64,000 bases of DNA from Candidatus Xenobia bacterium (GCA_045863235.1 BTUM01000031.1:15623-79622), one strand, 5' to 3'; positions 21,523-31,428 are shown, numbered from the stretch's first letter. Numbers and translations: made by a program. The notes: generated by a model from the letters alone, not told the origin.

Positions 21523-22728
21523 CTCCCGAAAGGCACCCGGCGCCGGATCGGTCCAGAGCAGCCGCTCGCCGGAGTATTTGATCCACGAGAAGCACTCGCG
21601 CAGCGTGTAGAAGGTCCAGAGCGCGGGGTGCTTCCAGGAGGGTCCCTCGAAGCTGGGAGCCGGATAGGCGACCAGCCCGAGCTGGCGGGCCATGGCCACG
21701 GCCCGGGCCGTATGGAACGGGTCGGTGGTAACCAGACAGGTCCGCCAGCCCTGCTCGCGCATCACCTCGCGGGCATACAGCATGTTCTCGAGCGTGGTGT
21801 GCGAGCGGGTCTCCACGAAGCAGGCCTCGGGCGGCACGCCCCGCTCGATGGCCCAGCGACGGGCGCTCTCGGACTCGATGGCTCCCGAGTCGCCCTGCCC
21901 TCCAGTCAGGATCAGGGCCCGTGCCCAGCCTTCCCGATAAAGCTGCACGGCGTGCTTCATCCGCCCTTCCAGCGAGTGGCCCAGCTTCCCATCGGCGTCC
22001 ACACGGGCCCCGGGCACGATGATGCAGTCCACCCGGTGCAGGTCGGTCTTCATCCCGGCCAGGGTGATCCAGCCAGCCAGGGAGAAAAAGGCGGTCAATC
22101 CGACCAGCACCGCCTTGCCCAGCCACCGTGGAGCGCTCTCGCCCAGGCTGCGCTTCCAGGCCAGGTAGCCGGCCACCGCCATGACCAGGAAGACGCCGTA
22201 TTGGAAAGCCAGAAGATACAAGCTCTTTTTGGCGTAGAGGAGGATGGTCATCACGTTGACCGCGATCCAGAGCTGCCAGTTCTCCAGATACTTGCGGGCC
22301 AGCATCCACTGGGCGACGACGCTCATCAGGGCCTGGGTGGCGTCGAGATAAGGTAGGGCGGCCCGGGTGGAGCGGTCGAGCACAGCGCCCACGCCGGCGC
22401 CTCCCACGGCGATCAGGCAGAGCAGACCGAGCAGCATCTTACGGGGAGCGCGCGAGACCTCGAGCTCGGCGCCCTCCTTCCCGCCGTGCTTCCACTGATA
22501 CCAGCCGTAGAACTGGATGACGAAGAAGAACACCTGCAAGGCCGCGTCGGCCAGAAGATCGGCACGGAGCACCACCACGAAGGTGAGAGCCACCTGCACC
22601 AGCCCGATGGGCCAGCACCAGAGGTTCTGGCGCACGGTCAACCACACTGAAATCAAGCCGAGCAAGAATGCCAGACCCTCCAGGTTAAAGAAGCTGGCCA
22701 CCATCCAGGACGCCAGGAAGCTCAGCAT
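21349..22728 (-). CDS. pnuC: fusion: nicotinamide riboside transporter PnuC + YdcF/DUF218 domain
   Basis: N-half RQNLWCWPIG, YGWYQW, PYLDA, AQWMLARKYLENW; C-half IIVPGA, LTGGQG, SHTTLEN, VTTDPFHTARA, REC. Confidence 0.85.
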   Translation of the reverse strand: MLSFLASWMVASFFNLEGLAFLLGLISVWLTVRQNLWCWPIGLVQVALTFVVVLRADLLADAALQVFFFVIQFYGWYQWKHGGKEGAELEVSRAPRKMLLGLLCLIAVGGAGVGAVLDRSTRAALPYLDATQALMSVVAQWMLARKYLENWQLWIAVNVMTILLYAKKSLYLLAFQYGVFLVMAVAGYLAWKRSLGESAPRWLGKAVLVGLTAFFSLAGWITLAGMKTDLHRVDCIIVPGARVDADGKLGHSLEGRMKHAVQLYREGWARALILTGGQGDSGAIESESARRWAIERGVPPEACFVETRSHTTLENMLYAREVMREQGWRTCLVTTDPFHTARAVAMARQLGLVAYPAPSFEGPSWKHPALWTFYTLRECFSWIKYSGERLLWTDPAPGAFRELRKDPTGAIVVGVLADQGLDPELGGQPYGLARVAGAGLKDGEVGEHGTRKLARADRR

Positions 22729-24020
22729 CGGTCGCTGGTGTAGCGCACCATCTTGCGCCCCTCCATTGGCTCGCGGCGCACCTGAATGCGCCCCAGCAGA
22801 GGCTCCAGGGCCCCCCGCAGTTCAGCCTCCTCCACCTCGCCCTGGTAGCGCAGCACGAGCGAGCCGTCAGCTTGCTGGTGCAGGTGGTACTGGGGCACGG
22901 GGAGCGGCTTCATGACCTCAGTGACGTCGATGTTGTTGACCAACCGACCGTCGGCGGCCAGAAAGGCGACCGGCTGGCGCCCCTCGAGCCCCACCAGCAC
23001 CGGGGTGCGCCCGCGCATTTCGAGCGAGGCATAGTCTCCGGTTCGGTAGCGCAGCAGGGGAATGAAGGGGTTGCGCCCTCCCGTGAGCACAACCTCACCC
23101 CGCTGAGCCGGGCGGTCTTCATCGTCGAGGATCTCGACGTAGAGGTCATTGGTCAGCACCTGGTGGCCCGTGCCCAGATCCACCGCCAGGCAGCGGGCCT
23201 CGCACAGCGAGTAGAGGTCCAGCACCGGGCAGCCGAAATGGCCCTCGAGCTCGGCGCGCATCCCCGGCGAGAGGTTCATGGAGGTGGAGACCAGGGCTCT
23301 GGGGCGGGTCGTCAGGGGCAGCTTCTTCAGCTCGAGAAAGGCCAGCGGGTCGCCCGAGTAGACCTCCACCTGGCACTCGTCCAGAAAGCGCACCCGATCG
23401 TCGGGATGGTGCCATTGAGCCGGGTGGAGGTTGAGCTTGAGATAGCCCGCCTGGCCCAGGTAGGTGGAAACGCACGGGTAGGTCAGGGTGTTCTCCTGGT
23501 GACCCACCAGGGCCAGGGCCACCCGGGTGCCTCCGGTGAAGGCAACCTGTGCCAGGGCCAGGGCTCGCTCGAGAGCGACCAGGTACTTGTTGGACGACTC
23601 CGGGTCGGCCAGGACCCACATCTTGCTGGCGGTGGTGCCGCTGGTGTAGTACATGATGAGATCGTCCAGCGGCTGATCGTCGCTCACGAACTCCCACGGC
23701 TGGCGCGCCAGCTCGCGGCGATCAAAGGTAGGCAAACCCTCAAAGTCGCCCGTCCAGCCTCCGTAGCGCCGGTAGAAGGGCACCCTGGCCAGGCAGCGCT
23801 GGGCGAACTCATCCAGCCACTCGGGTTGACCCTCCCAGCCGGGCGGCCGGGCCGCCTGGTCGGCGGCGTAGGCGCGCACTCTGCGCAGGCCCTCCTGACT
23901 TAGCATGTCGCCGCAGGCATAGTTGTAGCGCGGCGCGGCCGGGTGCTCGCTGAGCCAGCGCAAGGTTTCGCGCCCGCGCTGATCGAGCAAAGGGAAGCGC
24001 TCCTCCAGGGTCAGGGTCAT
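22722..24020 (-). CDS. phenylacetate-CoA ligase-like / CapK-family AMP-binding protein
   Basis: VPFYR, YTSGTT, DLYSLCEA, GEVVLT, LLRYRTGD, GR. Confidence 0.85.
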   Translation of the reverse strand: MTLTLEERFPLLDQRGRETLRWLSEHPAAPRYNYACGDMLSQEGLRRVRAYAADQAARPPGWEGQPEWLDEFAQRCLARVPFYRRYGGWTGDFEGLPTFDRRELARQPWEFVSDDQPLDDLIMYYTSGTTASKMWVLADPESSNKYLVALERALALAQVAFTGGTRVALALVGHQENTLTYPCVSTYLGQAGYLKLNLHPAQWHHPDDRVRFLDECQVEVYSGDPLAFLELKKLPLTTRPRALVSTSMNLSPGMRAELEGHFGCPVLDLYSLCEARCLAVDLGTGHQVLTNDLYVEILDDEDRPAQRGEVVLTGGRNPFIPLLRYRTGDYASLEMRGRTPVLVGLEGRQPVAFLAADGRLVNNIDVTEVMKPLPVPQYHLHQQADGSLVLRYQGEVEEAELRGALEPLLGRIQVRREPMEGRKMVRYTSDRC

Positions 24021-24610
24021 TCCCGCCCCCAGGCGGCGGCCGCCTCTTCCGCCGCTTTGCGAGCCATCTCCTCGCGGATCTCGCGGGCCCGCCGCTCGGC
24101 CGCCTGGGCCTCCTTCACCACACGCGCCCGCTCAACCGAGCTGAGGGTGACTAGCCGGTCCTGAGCCTGCTCGAGCGACTCGCCGGCGGGACGCAGGTTG
24201 AGCGCTTTGAGGGCCAGGCGCACGAACTCCTCGCGCCGATCCGGGTCTTGTACAAGCTGGTCGGCCTGCACGTAGGGAGATAGCTCTTCCATCCGGGTGG
24301 AGAGCCATTCTCGGGCGCGCTCGGCGGCACGAGGGACGCGCCGCAGCTCGCTCGCGAAAAGCAGCCAGGCCCCCACCAGGATGAGTCGCAACCGGTTGCG
24401 GTGCGCGTTGACGGCTTTGGCGCTGGGATAGCAGAAGCCCTCGGGGTCGGTCAGCGGCGAGCCCCCCATGGCCTCGAGCAGGTCGGAGACCACTGCGGCA
24501 ACGTCGATTTTTCCCTGGCCGCCCGGGCGGCGGGGCTCGGCCAGAAAGTCAGGGGGGCATTCGCCCAGGCGGCGGGTGAGCGCCTCGAGGATCGGTCCTT
24601 CGTGCTCCAC
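24017..24610 (-). CDS. conserved-looking hypothetical protein coupled to the CapK-like gene
   Basis: ATGA overlap with downstream gene; DPDRREEFVR...LRPAGE...DRL, coiled-coil tail. Confidence 0.8.
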   Translation of the reverse strand: MEHEGPILEALTRRLGECPPDFLAEPRRPGGQGKIDVAAVVSDLLEAMGGSPLTDPEGFCYPSAKAVNAHRNRLRLILVGAWLLFASELRRVPRAAERAREWLSTRMEELSPYVQADQLVQDPDRREEFVRLALKALNLRPAGESLEQAQDRLVTLSSVERARVVKEAQAAERRAREIREEMARKAAEEAAAAWGRE

Positions 24611-24652
24611 GGAAAGGGGTTCTGCCCGGGCGAGCGGTCCCCTGGTTTCGAG

Positions 24653-25120
24653 CTACCGGGTGGATGGGACATAGCCTCGGATGTGATCCTGATTGCGCTC
24701 GATGGCATCCAGGATGCGGTGGGCCCGGGCTGCCCGCTGATACCTGAGCGCGCCCACCGCCAGCGCGCCCGCTGACAGAGCCATCATCCCCACGCCCGCC
24801 CAGGTGGCCAGGGGTAGACCTGGCACGATCACTGAGGCAGCGGTGCACAGAGCGCCGGCGACCACTCCTAAGCAGGCGGTCGGATACACGTTCGAGCGGC
24901 CCAGATAGACGTCGAAGCTGTAACCCGGCGGGATGCCCCGCCCGTGTTCGCTGGCCAGTCGGTGCATCTCATACAGATCCTTGCCCGGAGCCTGGCTGAG
25001 GGTCTCCAGGTCTTGCTCGGCCCGCTCGGCTCCCTCGAAGTCGTTGGCGCCAATCAGCAGGGCGCGACGCTGCCTGAGGGCGGGTTCGATGACGGATCGC
25101 GCGGGTGAGGTGATCTCCAT
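24653..25120 (-). CDS. hypothetical protein with two-TM hairpin
   Basis: Hydrophobic segment ACLGVVAGALCTAASVIVPG...AGVGMMALSAGALAVGAL. Confidence 0.6.
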   Translation of the reverse strand: MEITSPARSVIEPALRQRRALLIGANDFEGAERAEQDLETLSQAPGKDLYEMHRLASEHGRGIPPGYSFDVYLGRSNVYPTACLGVVAGALCTAASVIVPGLPLATWAGVGMMALSAGALAVGALRYQRAARAHRILDAIERNQDHIRGYVPSTR

Positions 25121-25217
25121 GCCGTCCAGCTTAGCCGTTCTGGGACCAGGGTGATGAACACTTTGCGCCGCGAGGTTAACCGGCTGTTACGAAACAACCG
25201 GGGGATCTGTTCGGTTC

Positions 25218-27494
25218 TCAATCCCGGGTCAGATCGATCGAGAGTCCGGCCGGGGAGTCGATGCCGGTGAGAGCGCGCACCGGCGCCGGGGAGATGTTGC
25301 CGCTCATCTGGCTGGCTCCGGCAAAGATCTTCACCCCGCCCGTGGCCAGGCTGAAGCCGTCGGCCAGGTAGAGCTCATCGCGCTCCCAATCCACCACGAC
25401 CCCGGACGAGCCCCCCTGGAGCCCGATGCTGAATCCGCCAATGAACGCGGCCCGGGTCGGATTGTCCGTGGTATCGGCAGCGTTGTAGATCAGGATCTGA
25501 GGCTCAAAGTTCGTCGGCAAGCTCTTCGGGTCGGTGCTCCGGACATACAAGCGACGCGTGTGCGACTCGTAGAAAAGGTCGTGCGGCTCCACCAGGCCAT
25601 CGGAAATGCTCCGGTCAGCGCTGGTGTTGCCATCGACCAGACCGGTCAGGGCGGAGACGTTGTCATAAACGTCGACCTTGCCGGGCAGAGCTCCAGAGGG
25701 GCCGACCACGAGGAACAGGCGATCGGCGGCCGGATCGTAGACGCATGACCGCGCTTCCCGCGGCGTGGGCGCACCGTACTGAATGGTGGCCCTCACGGTC
25801 CGTCCGGCCGTGCTGGCGTTGTCGAAAATCTCGACCTGGCCCAGGCTCTGCTCGCTCACGAAGAGGCGATCGTTGGCGTTGTCGTAGGCGACACCGCGAG
25901 GGAACCCACCGGCAGCAAGGCTGTCATCGGCCGGTCCGTTGTTGGTGGTGGCGTTCAGGAAGATCAGGACCTGGCCGGCATCCCCATCCGCCAGCCATAG
26001 CGTGTTGCTGATCACGTCGATGAAAAGGCTGACCGGCCGGGCGAGAGGGCCGGTCTGGGTCGCGGGGGGCGCCGCTCCGTCCAGCAGCGGGCCGACTCCA
26101 CGCCCCATCACAAAACTCGACATCCGAGGGATGGCCAATGGGTTCCCCAGCACGTCGGGCGACTCCGACACGTAGAGGCGCCCCTGGAAGAGGCTCACCA
26201 CGATATTCCCGGAGGTCGCCGCGGCGGCATTCGGGCTGGTGGCGACCAGCGTGGCGGTGCCGGCCGTGTCGGCCAGGGCCACGTTGAAGCTGGCAAGTCC
26301 GTTCACGGCATTCTGGGTCAGGGTCCCGGTCAACCTCAGGTTGGCGGGTCCGGAGTTCAGTCCCAGCGTGACGGCCTGGCTGGTGTCGAGCCGGTCGCCA
26401 AACTGGTCCAGGACCTCGACCTGCACGCTGAAGACCTGGTTATCTTTCGCCGTGGCGGGCACGCTGAAGAAGCTCAGGGTATCGGCCACCAGGGCGTCCA
26501 CCGTCAGAGGGGAGGTGGCCGCGGTCAAGCCATCGGAAGTGGCGGTCAGCTGGAAATTGCCCGCCTGGGCGGGCGACACCCCGGTAAAGGTGGCCACGCC
26601 GTTCACCGCGTTCACTGTGGTGGTCCCATTGAGGTTCAGTCCGCCCAGCGTGACGCTGTTCGTGCCGGTGGCCAGCAGGTTGCCGAACTGATCCAGCACC
26701 TGGACCTCGATGGTGCCGAGGTCCTGCCCCACGGCGCCGGTCGTGGGCGGGGACGAGAAGCCCAGCGACGAGGCCACGGGGGCCTGGTCGAGGATGTCGA
26801 AGGGGAGGCTCTGCTCCGAAGAAAGAGCGTCGGATGCCGCCTGGAGGCGATGCTGGCCCTGACCCACGATCAGCACGCTGAAGTCGGCCACGCCGTCGAC
26901 GGCCTGCGCCTGCGTGGTGCCCGAGAGAACACCCGTCCCCTGGCTCAAAGTGAGGTTGATGGTGCCGGTGAAGGGGGCGATGTTGCCCTGGTTGTCCAGG
27001 GCAACGACCTGCACGTCCTGAGCGGTACCCGAGGCGGCGTCCTGAGGATGTAACAGAAAGGCCAGCTGCGCGGGGCTGGTTCCGAAGAGGGGGACGGTGG
27101 AGTCGGGCGGGGCTCCGGTGAGCAGCACCTCGATCTCGAGCAGAGTCGGGCCGGGCAGGGTTAGAGTGACCACCCGGTCAGAGAATCCAAGCAGGTTACC
27201 CTGGTCATCGAAGAACAGAGTTCGGATCAAGTACCTCGCCACCTCGAGCTCGAGGGTCAGCTGGTCCACGCGGGCCGACCTGAGGCTGGCGACCTGGTTT
27301 CCGGCCTCATCGAAGGCCTGCACTTCCAGGCTGGCAATGCCCGCGGGCAGGCGCGCCGGCGGGAAGTCGAAGCGGAGCTGCAGGGCTCCGATCGGGGGAG
27401 CGGTGGGACCGCCTCCAGATCTCTGATCGCCTCGGCCGCAGCCGGGAGACACGAGCAGGACAGCCAGGAGCAGGAGCCAGATTCGAAGCCGCAT
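25218..27494 (-). CDS. large lipoprotein with tandem Ig-like repeats and C-terminal beta-propeller
   Basis: Lipobox VSPG-C; three repeats VQV..LD..G[ND]...[TS]V[TN]L...AV[DN]G[VL]A.F; YD..DRLF blades. Confidence 0.8.
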   Translation of the reverse strand: MRLRIWLLLLAVLLVSPGCGRGDQRSGGGPTAPPIGALQLRFDFPPARLPAGIASLEVQAFDEAGNQVASLRSARVDQLTLELEVARYLIRTLFFDDQGNLLGFSDRVVTLTLPGPTLLEIEVLLTGAPPDSTVPLFGTSPAQLAFLLHPQDAASGTAQDVQVVALDNQGNIAPFTGTINLTLSQGTGVLSGTTQAQAVDGVADFSVLIVGQGQHRLQAASDALSSEQSLPFDILDQAPVASSLGFSSPPTTGAVGQDLGTIEVQVLDQFGNLLATGTNSVTLGGLNLNGTTTVNAVNGVATFTGVSPAQAGNFQLTATSDGLTAATSPLTVDALVADTLSFFSVPATAKDNQVFSVQVEVLDQFGDRLDTSQAVTLGLNSGPANLRLTGTLTQNAVNGLASFNVALADTAGTATLVATSPNAAAATSGNIVVSLFQGRLYVSESPDVLGNPLAIPRMSSFVMGRGVGPLLDGAAPPATQTGPLARPVSLFIDVISNTLWLADGDAGQVLIFLNATTNNGPADDSLAAGGFPRGVAYDNANDRLFVSEQSLGQVEIFDNASTAGRTVRATIQYGAPTPREARSCVYDPAADRLFLVVGPSGALPGKVDVYDNVSALTGLVDGNTSADRSISDGLVEPHDLFYESHTRRLYVRSTDPKSLPTNFEPQILIYNAADTTDNPTRAAFIGGFSIGLQGGSSGVVVDWERDELYLADGFSLATGGVKIFAGASQMSGNISPAPVRALTGIDSPAGLSIDLTRD

Positions 27495-27695
27495 GGAGAT
27501 CCCCAATCACAGGTTGAGCGGGGTTGTTCGCGGTCTGTCCCAAGCGGCCTTCCGGTGGCTCTCTGGCAGCCCGAGCGCGGGCGGATTTTACCGCTCTGAG
27601 AGCGTTAAAGCGCGGGCGCAATGACTTCCAAACGCCCAAAGGTTAACCAGGATTTGACACCCGCCCGGGGCTTCGGAGTACACGATGCGGGGCAG

Positions 27696-28547
27696 ATGAG
27701 CCTTATCCGAATCGACCGACCGGCCTTCGAGCAGCGTTTCCTCGAGTGTGCCCGCAAGCATCTACCACCCGAGCCGGCCAGCGAGCCGACCGAGAGCTAC
27801 CAGCCTTCTTCGCAGGCCACCAGCCCGCCCGCCAGACTCTCCCTCCAGGGAGCCATCACCGCGCTCAACCTGGCTTCCGGCCTCACCGGCCTTCCCCTCG
27901 TGGCGCTCACCGCCCAGGAAGCTGCCCGAGAGCTGGTGACCCCGGCCCAGGAAGGACAACTGGCCGATACCCGGCTGCGCGGCTATGCCGACCGGCTGAC
28001 TTCCGACGAGCGCGTGCAGCAGAGCTGGGAGAAGGTCAGCCAGCTCCTGCCCGGAGCGGGCTCCGCCCCGAAGGTCGTGGACCTTTCGCTGGTCTACGCC
28101 GAGGCCGACAGTCGCGAGATGTATGTGGGCAAGCAAGCCCTGCAGGGCGATCTGGCCTCGGACGAAGTGTTGATCTTCACCCTGGCCCACGAGGAGGCTC
28201 ATCGGCGCCATCGCGATTCGGCCGGGACGGCCGGGCTGGAAGCCCTGCTGGAGGTCGCGCCCGGGCGCGAGTCATTCCAGGCCCTGCGGGACGGCTGGCA
28301 CTCCAACGAGCTGCAGGCCGACCTGGTGGGGGCCGAGGTGGCGGCCCGGGCGGGGTGCGACCCGAAGCCGATTCTGGCCTTCTTGCTGAGCTGTCCGGAG
28401 GACATGCAACACCCTTCCGGCGCCAGGCGCGCCGAGGTCGTGCGCGAGCGCATGGCCGAGTTGGGAGCGGTCATCTCGGAGGCTGAGCTCGCCGCCCTGG
28501 AAGATCGTATGACTGCCTTGCGACCGGGGGAGAAAGGTTCCGTCTGA
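27696..28547 (+). CDS. M48-like zinc metallopeptidase
   Basis: FTLAHEEAH, ELQADLVG, HPSGARR; start uncertain (27621 or 27696). Confidence 0.8.
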   Translation: MSLIRIDRPAFEQRFLECARKHLPPEPASEPTESYQPSSQATSPPARLSLQGAITALNLASGLTGLPLVALTAQEAARELVTPAQEGQLADTRLRGYADRLTSDERVQQSWEKVSQLLPGAGSAPKVVDLSLVYAEADSREMYVGKQALQGDLASDEVLIFTLAHEEAHRRHRDSAGTAGLEALLEVAPGRESFQALRDGWHSNELQADLVGAEVAARAGCDPKPILAFLLSCPEDMQHPSGARRAEVVRERMAELGAVISEAELAALEDRMTALRPGEKGSV

Positions 28548-28564
28548 GAAGGGGCGAATTTCCA

Positions 28565-28909
28565 ATGAGCATGAGCCAGCCCGAGGATCGTAAGAAACGA
28601 CGTCAGTTCCTGGCCGACATGCTGTTTGCCGGCGGGGGTCTGGCCGCCGCCGCGTTGCTGGCCAAGAGCTACGCCCCTCAGCCCACCGTAGCCCAGGCGA
28701 CCCCGACGCCCACCACCACACCCTCGAGCTGCCCGACCCCCGAGGGCCCCTATCCGGGCGAGATGCTGATCGAGCCCCAGGTGGGCGGCAAACCCGTGGC
28801 CCAGCCCCAGGCTCCCCTGGGAGGAGAGCCGCTCGCTCCCCAGCCGCCCGGGCCTCACCCCGAAGGCGACGTGGCCGCCCCTCAGAGTCCGCAGAAGCCG
28901 GGCCCCTGA
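28565..28909 (+). CDS. small Pro-rich Tat-signal protein
   Basis: KRRQFL twin-arginine motif followed by hydrophobic stretch. Confidence 0.7.
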   Translation: MSMSQPEDRKKRRQFLADMLFAGGGLAAAALLAKSYAPQPTVAQATPTPTTTPSSCPTPEGPYPGEMLIEPQVGGKPVAQPQAPLGGEPLAPQPPGPHPEGDVAAPQSPQKPGP

Positions 28910-29098
28910 CTCGCCTCTTTCTGAACGGTCCCAAGCTGAAGGGCCCGACTTCGGCGTGAAGTGATCAGGCGCTGAGGAGTTGGCAAACAACGGCAACAAG
29001 CCGGCAACGTCCGTAACGAATTGCTAGCATTTACTTCCCGCCAGGACCCGCCCGGAGCGTTAGGATGCTCTCAGACACCCATGGCAGGAGGAACTCAC

Positions 29099-29818
29099 GT
29101 GGACGCTCTGCAGCAGCTCAACTCCCTCGGTGGTCCAGGCTTCGGATTCTCGCCGGGTCTCTCGGCCTTCTCGCCCGGAGCTGCCGGGGCCCGCTGCCTC
29201 GGGGGCTGCTGTGGAATGCAAAATCCCTTCGCGATGATGATGCTGCAGAACCAGATGCTGACCCAGATGCTGAGCATGTTGATGCAGCTGATGAGCCCGT
29301 CGGCGAGCTCGCTGGGCGGCTCCCCTTCCTCGCTGGGCGGCTCCTTCTCCCCCGCCTCGACGGGCGGCTCCTCCTCGCCTTCTTCCACGGGAACGGGATC
29401 GAGCTCGGGCGCCGGCAGCGGGGCGGTGGACGCCTCCCAGTTCCAGGGCGGCACCGAGACCGGCCGCCGACTGGCCGCCGAAGCCCAGAAAGAAGCAACC
29501 AACGGCGACAGCAGCGGGGGCTGGTGCTTCCGCGACGCCGGCCGAGCCCTGGCCAAGGTGGGCATCAACACCAGCGGTGCCAGCGCCTACATGGCCGCCG
29601 ACCAGCTGGCCAAGAACCCCAAGGTCAAAGAAATCAAGGTCTCCCAGGCCGACCTGCCCAAGCTGCCCCCGGGCGCCATCGTGGTCTGGGACAAGGGGCC
29701 GGGCCATCCGCACGGGCACATCAGCATCGCCCTGGGCAACGGCAAGGAAGCCAGCGACCTGCTGCGCAACCAGATCACCAACTATGGCACCAGCTTCCGC
29801 GTATTCATGCCGATCTAG
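29099..29818 (+). CDS. CHAP/NlpC-P60-like cysteine amidase with low-complexity N-terminus
   Basis: GWCF (catalytic Cys), GAIVVW, HGHISI; AGGAGG before GTG 29099. Confidence 0.75.
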   Translation: MDALQQLNSLGGPGFGFSPGLSAFSPGAAGARCLGGCCGMQNPFAMMMLQNQMLTQMLSMLMQLMSPSASSLGGSPSSLGGSFSPASTGGSSSPSSTGTGSSSGAGSGAVDASQFQGGTETGRRLAAEAQKEATNGDSSGGWCFRDAGRALAKVGINTSGASAYMAADQLAKNPKVKEIKVSQADLPKLPPGAIVVWDKGPGHPHGHISIALGNGKEASDLLRNQITNYGTSFRVFMPI

Positions 29819-29821
29819 AGC

Positions 29822-30589
29822 TTGTCTGATCCGCTCTTTGCCTACCTCGAAGAGCTGCAGGGAGCCGAGCCGTGGGGCCACGTGCTGGATGCCGGCACGG
29901 GCTGGGGCTCGGCCTCCTGGCTTTTGGGCCTGCCCCTGGCCAGCTTCACCGGCGTAACCGGGGACGCGACCTGGGCCCGCCAGCTGCGCACCGACTTTGC
30001 CCCGAGGCTGCGCCCTTTCGACCGCTTCTTGAGCGGGAACTGGGCTGACCCGGGCCTGCTCGAGGGCGAGCTCTTCGACACGGTGGTGGCCGACTATCTG
30101 CTGGGCGCGCTCGACCGCTGGGCGCCCTACCGCCAGTACGACCTCTTCCAGAGACTGCATCACCTGGTGGGCAAGCGGCTCTACGTGGTCGGCCTGGAGC
30201 CCTATCCCGAGCCGCCCTCCAACGAGGATGAGAAGTTGGTGCTGGAGATCGCCCGACTGCGCGACGCCTGCCACCTGCTTGCCGGCCAACGCCCCCACCG
30301 CGAGTATCCCCTGGCCTGGACGCTGGAAGCCCTGCGCAGGTCGGGCTTTGAGGTACGCGAGAGCCGTCTCTATCCCATCGTATATGCCCGGCGCTTCGTC
30401 GAGGAAGAGCTCGACCTGACCCGACGCACCATCGAAAGCCTGAAACCGGCCAGTCTGGCCCGAGCCCTGGGCGCAGTGGAAAGGGACCTGCGAGCCCGGG
30501 CCCTGCGCCACCTGGAGCGGCGCGGAGGGCTGGCGGCCGGGGCCGACTACGTCGTCGCGGCCCGACCGGCGCGGGAAGGAGCGCCCTGA
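29822..30589 (+). CDS. class I SAM-dependent methyltransferase
   Basis: VLDAGTGWG motif I, FDTVVADYLLG. Confidence 0.85.
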   Translation: MSDPLFAYLEELQGAEPWGHVLDAGTGWGSASWLLGLPLASFTGVTGDATWARQLRTDFAPRLRPFDRFLSGNWADPGLLEGELFDTVVADYLLGALDRWAPYRQYDLFQRLHHLVGKRLYVVGLEPYPEPPSNEDEKLVLEIARLRDACHLLAGQRPHREYPLAWTLEALRRSGFEVRESRLYPIVYARRFVEEELDLTRRTIESLKPASLARALGAVERDLRARALRHLERRGGLAAGADYVVAARPAREGAP

Positions 30590-30609
30590 CAGGTGACGAA
30601 TTTTCACGC

Positions 30610-31428
30610 GTGAAGAACCGCACCCCCCGCGTCATTGCGGCGCTCTTGCTGCTGTTGGCGCTGCTGGCGCCCGCTCGGGCACAGGACGTGGACCAACCCG
30701 AGCCTCCCGAGACCTTCAAGCTGGAAGAAGGCAGCGTGCGGGTGCTGGACAAGTTTCGACGTCCGTTCCTGTTGCCCAAAGGCACCGCCTGGATCGGGGC
30801 GCGGCTCGACCTCGACGCCGAGGGGATGAGCCCGTTCATCAAGGACTACGAGGTTCTGAGCGCCGGAGGCGTGGATTACGAGGTCAAGCAAGACGCAGAC
30901 TATGTGAAGTTCCCCCTCGAGAACGGACGAGCCACCGTGCGCTTCGTGGCCTTCACCGATTCGGCCAGCAACCCGGTGCTCTACGAGCTGGTCTTCCTGC
31001 ACAAGGTGAAGGGCAAGGACGTGGTCATCCCTTTGAACGATGCGGCCTGGCGGGCAGGCGACCCCTCCACCGTGGGCTCGCGCACCCTCAGCACCCCGCG
31101 CGACCGGGCTCCCAACCAGAGCTGGGAGTGGGCCCTGCTGATCGGCTTCGTGCTGGCGGGCGTGGTGCTGGCTTATGTCCTCTTCGGGCGCAGTCTTTTC
31201 GCCCGCATGCTCAAGGTCAAGAGAATGGAGGTCACCACCGCGCTGGGATACTCCAACCTGCTGGTGCTGCTGGGCCTGGGCCTGGTGCTGTTGTGCGGGG
31301 CGGGGCTCTACATGTTCCCCAAGATCCTTTGGGGTAAGCAGGTGATGATCTACCTCGTGGTCGGCGGGGGCTGCCTGGCCGGGCTGGGCGCGGGTTACGG
31401 CGCCGGCGTGGTGCTGACAAAGGCCTGA
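30610..31428 (+). CDS. signal peptide + extracytoplasmic domain + three-TM membrane protein
   Basis: Sec signal (ALLLLLALLAPARA); three C-terminal hydrophobic helices; TGATG overlap with next gene. Confidence 0.8.
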   Translation: MKNRTPRVIAALLLLLALLAPARAQDVDQPEPPETFKLEEGSVRVLDKFRRPFLLPKGTAWIGARLDLDAEGMSPFIKDYEVLSAGGVDYEVKQDADYVKFPLENGRATVRFVAFTDSASNPVLYELVFLHKVKGKDVVIPLNDAAWRAGDPSTVGSRTLSTPRDRAPNQSWEWALLIGFVLAGVVLAYVLFGRSLFARMLKVKRMEVTTALGYSNLLVLLGLGLVLLCGAGLYMFPKILWGKQVMIYLVVGGGCLAGLGAGYGAGVVLTKA

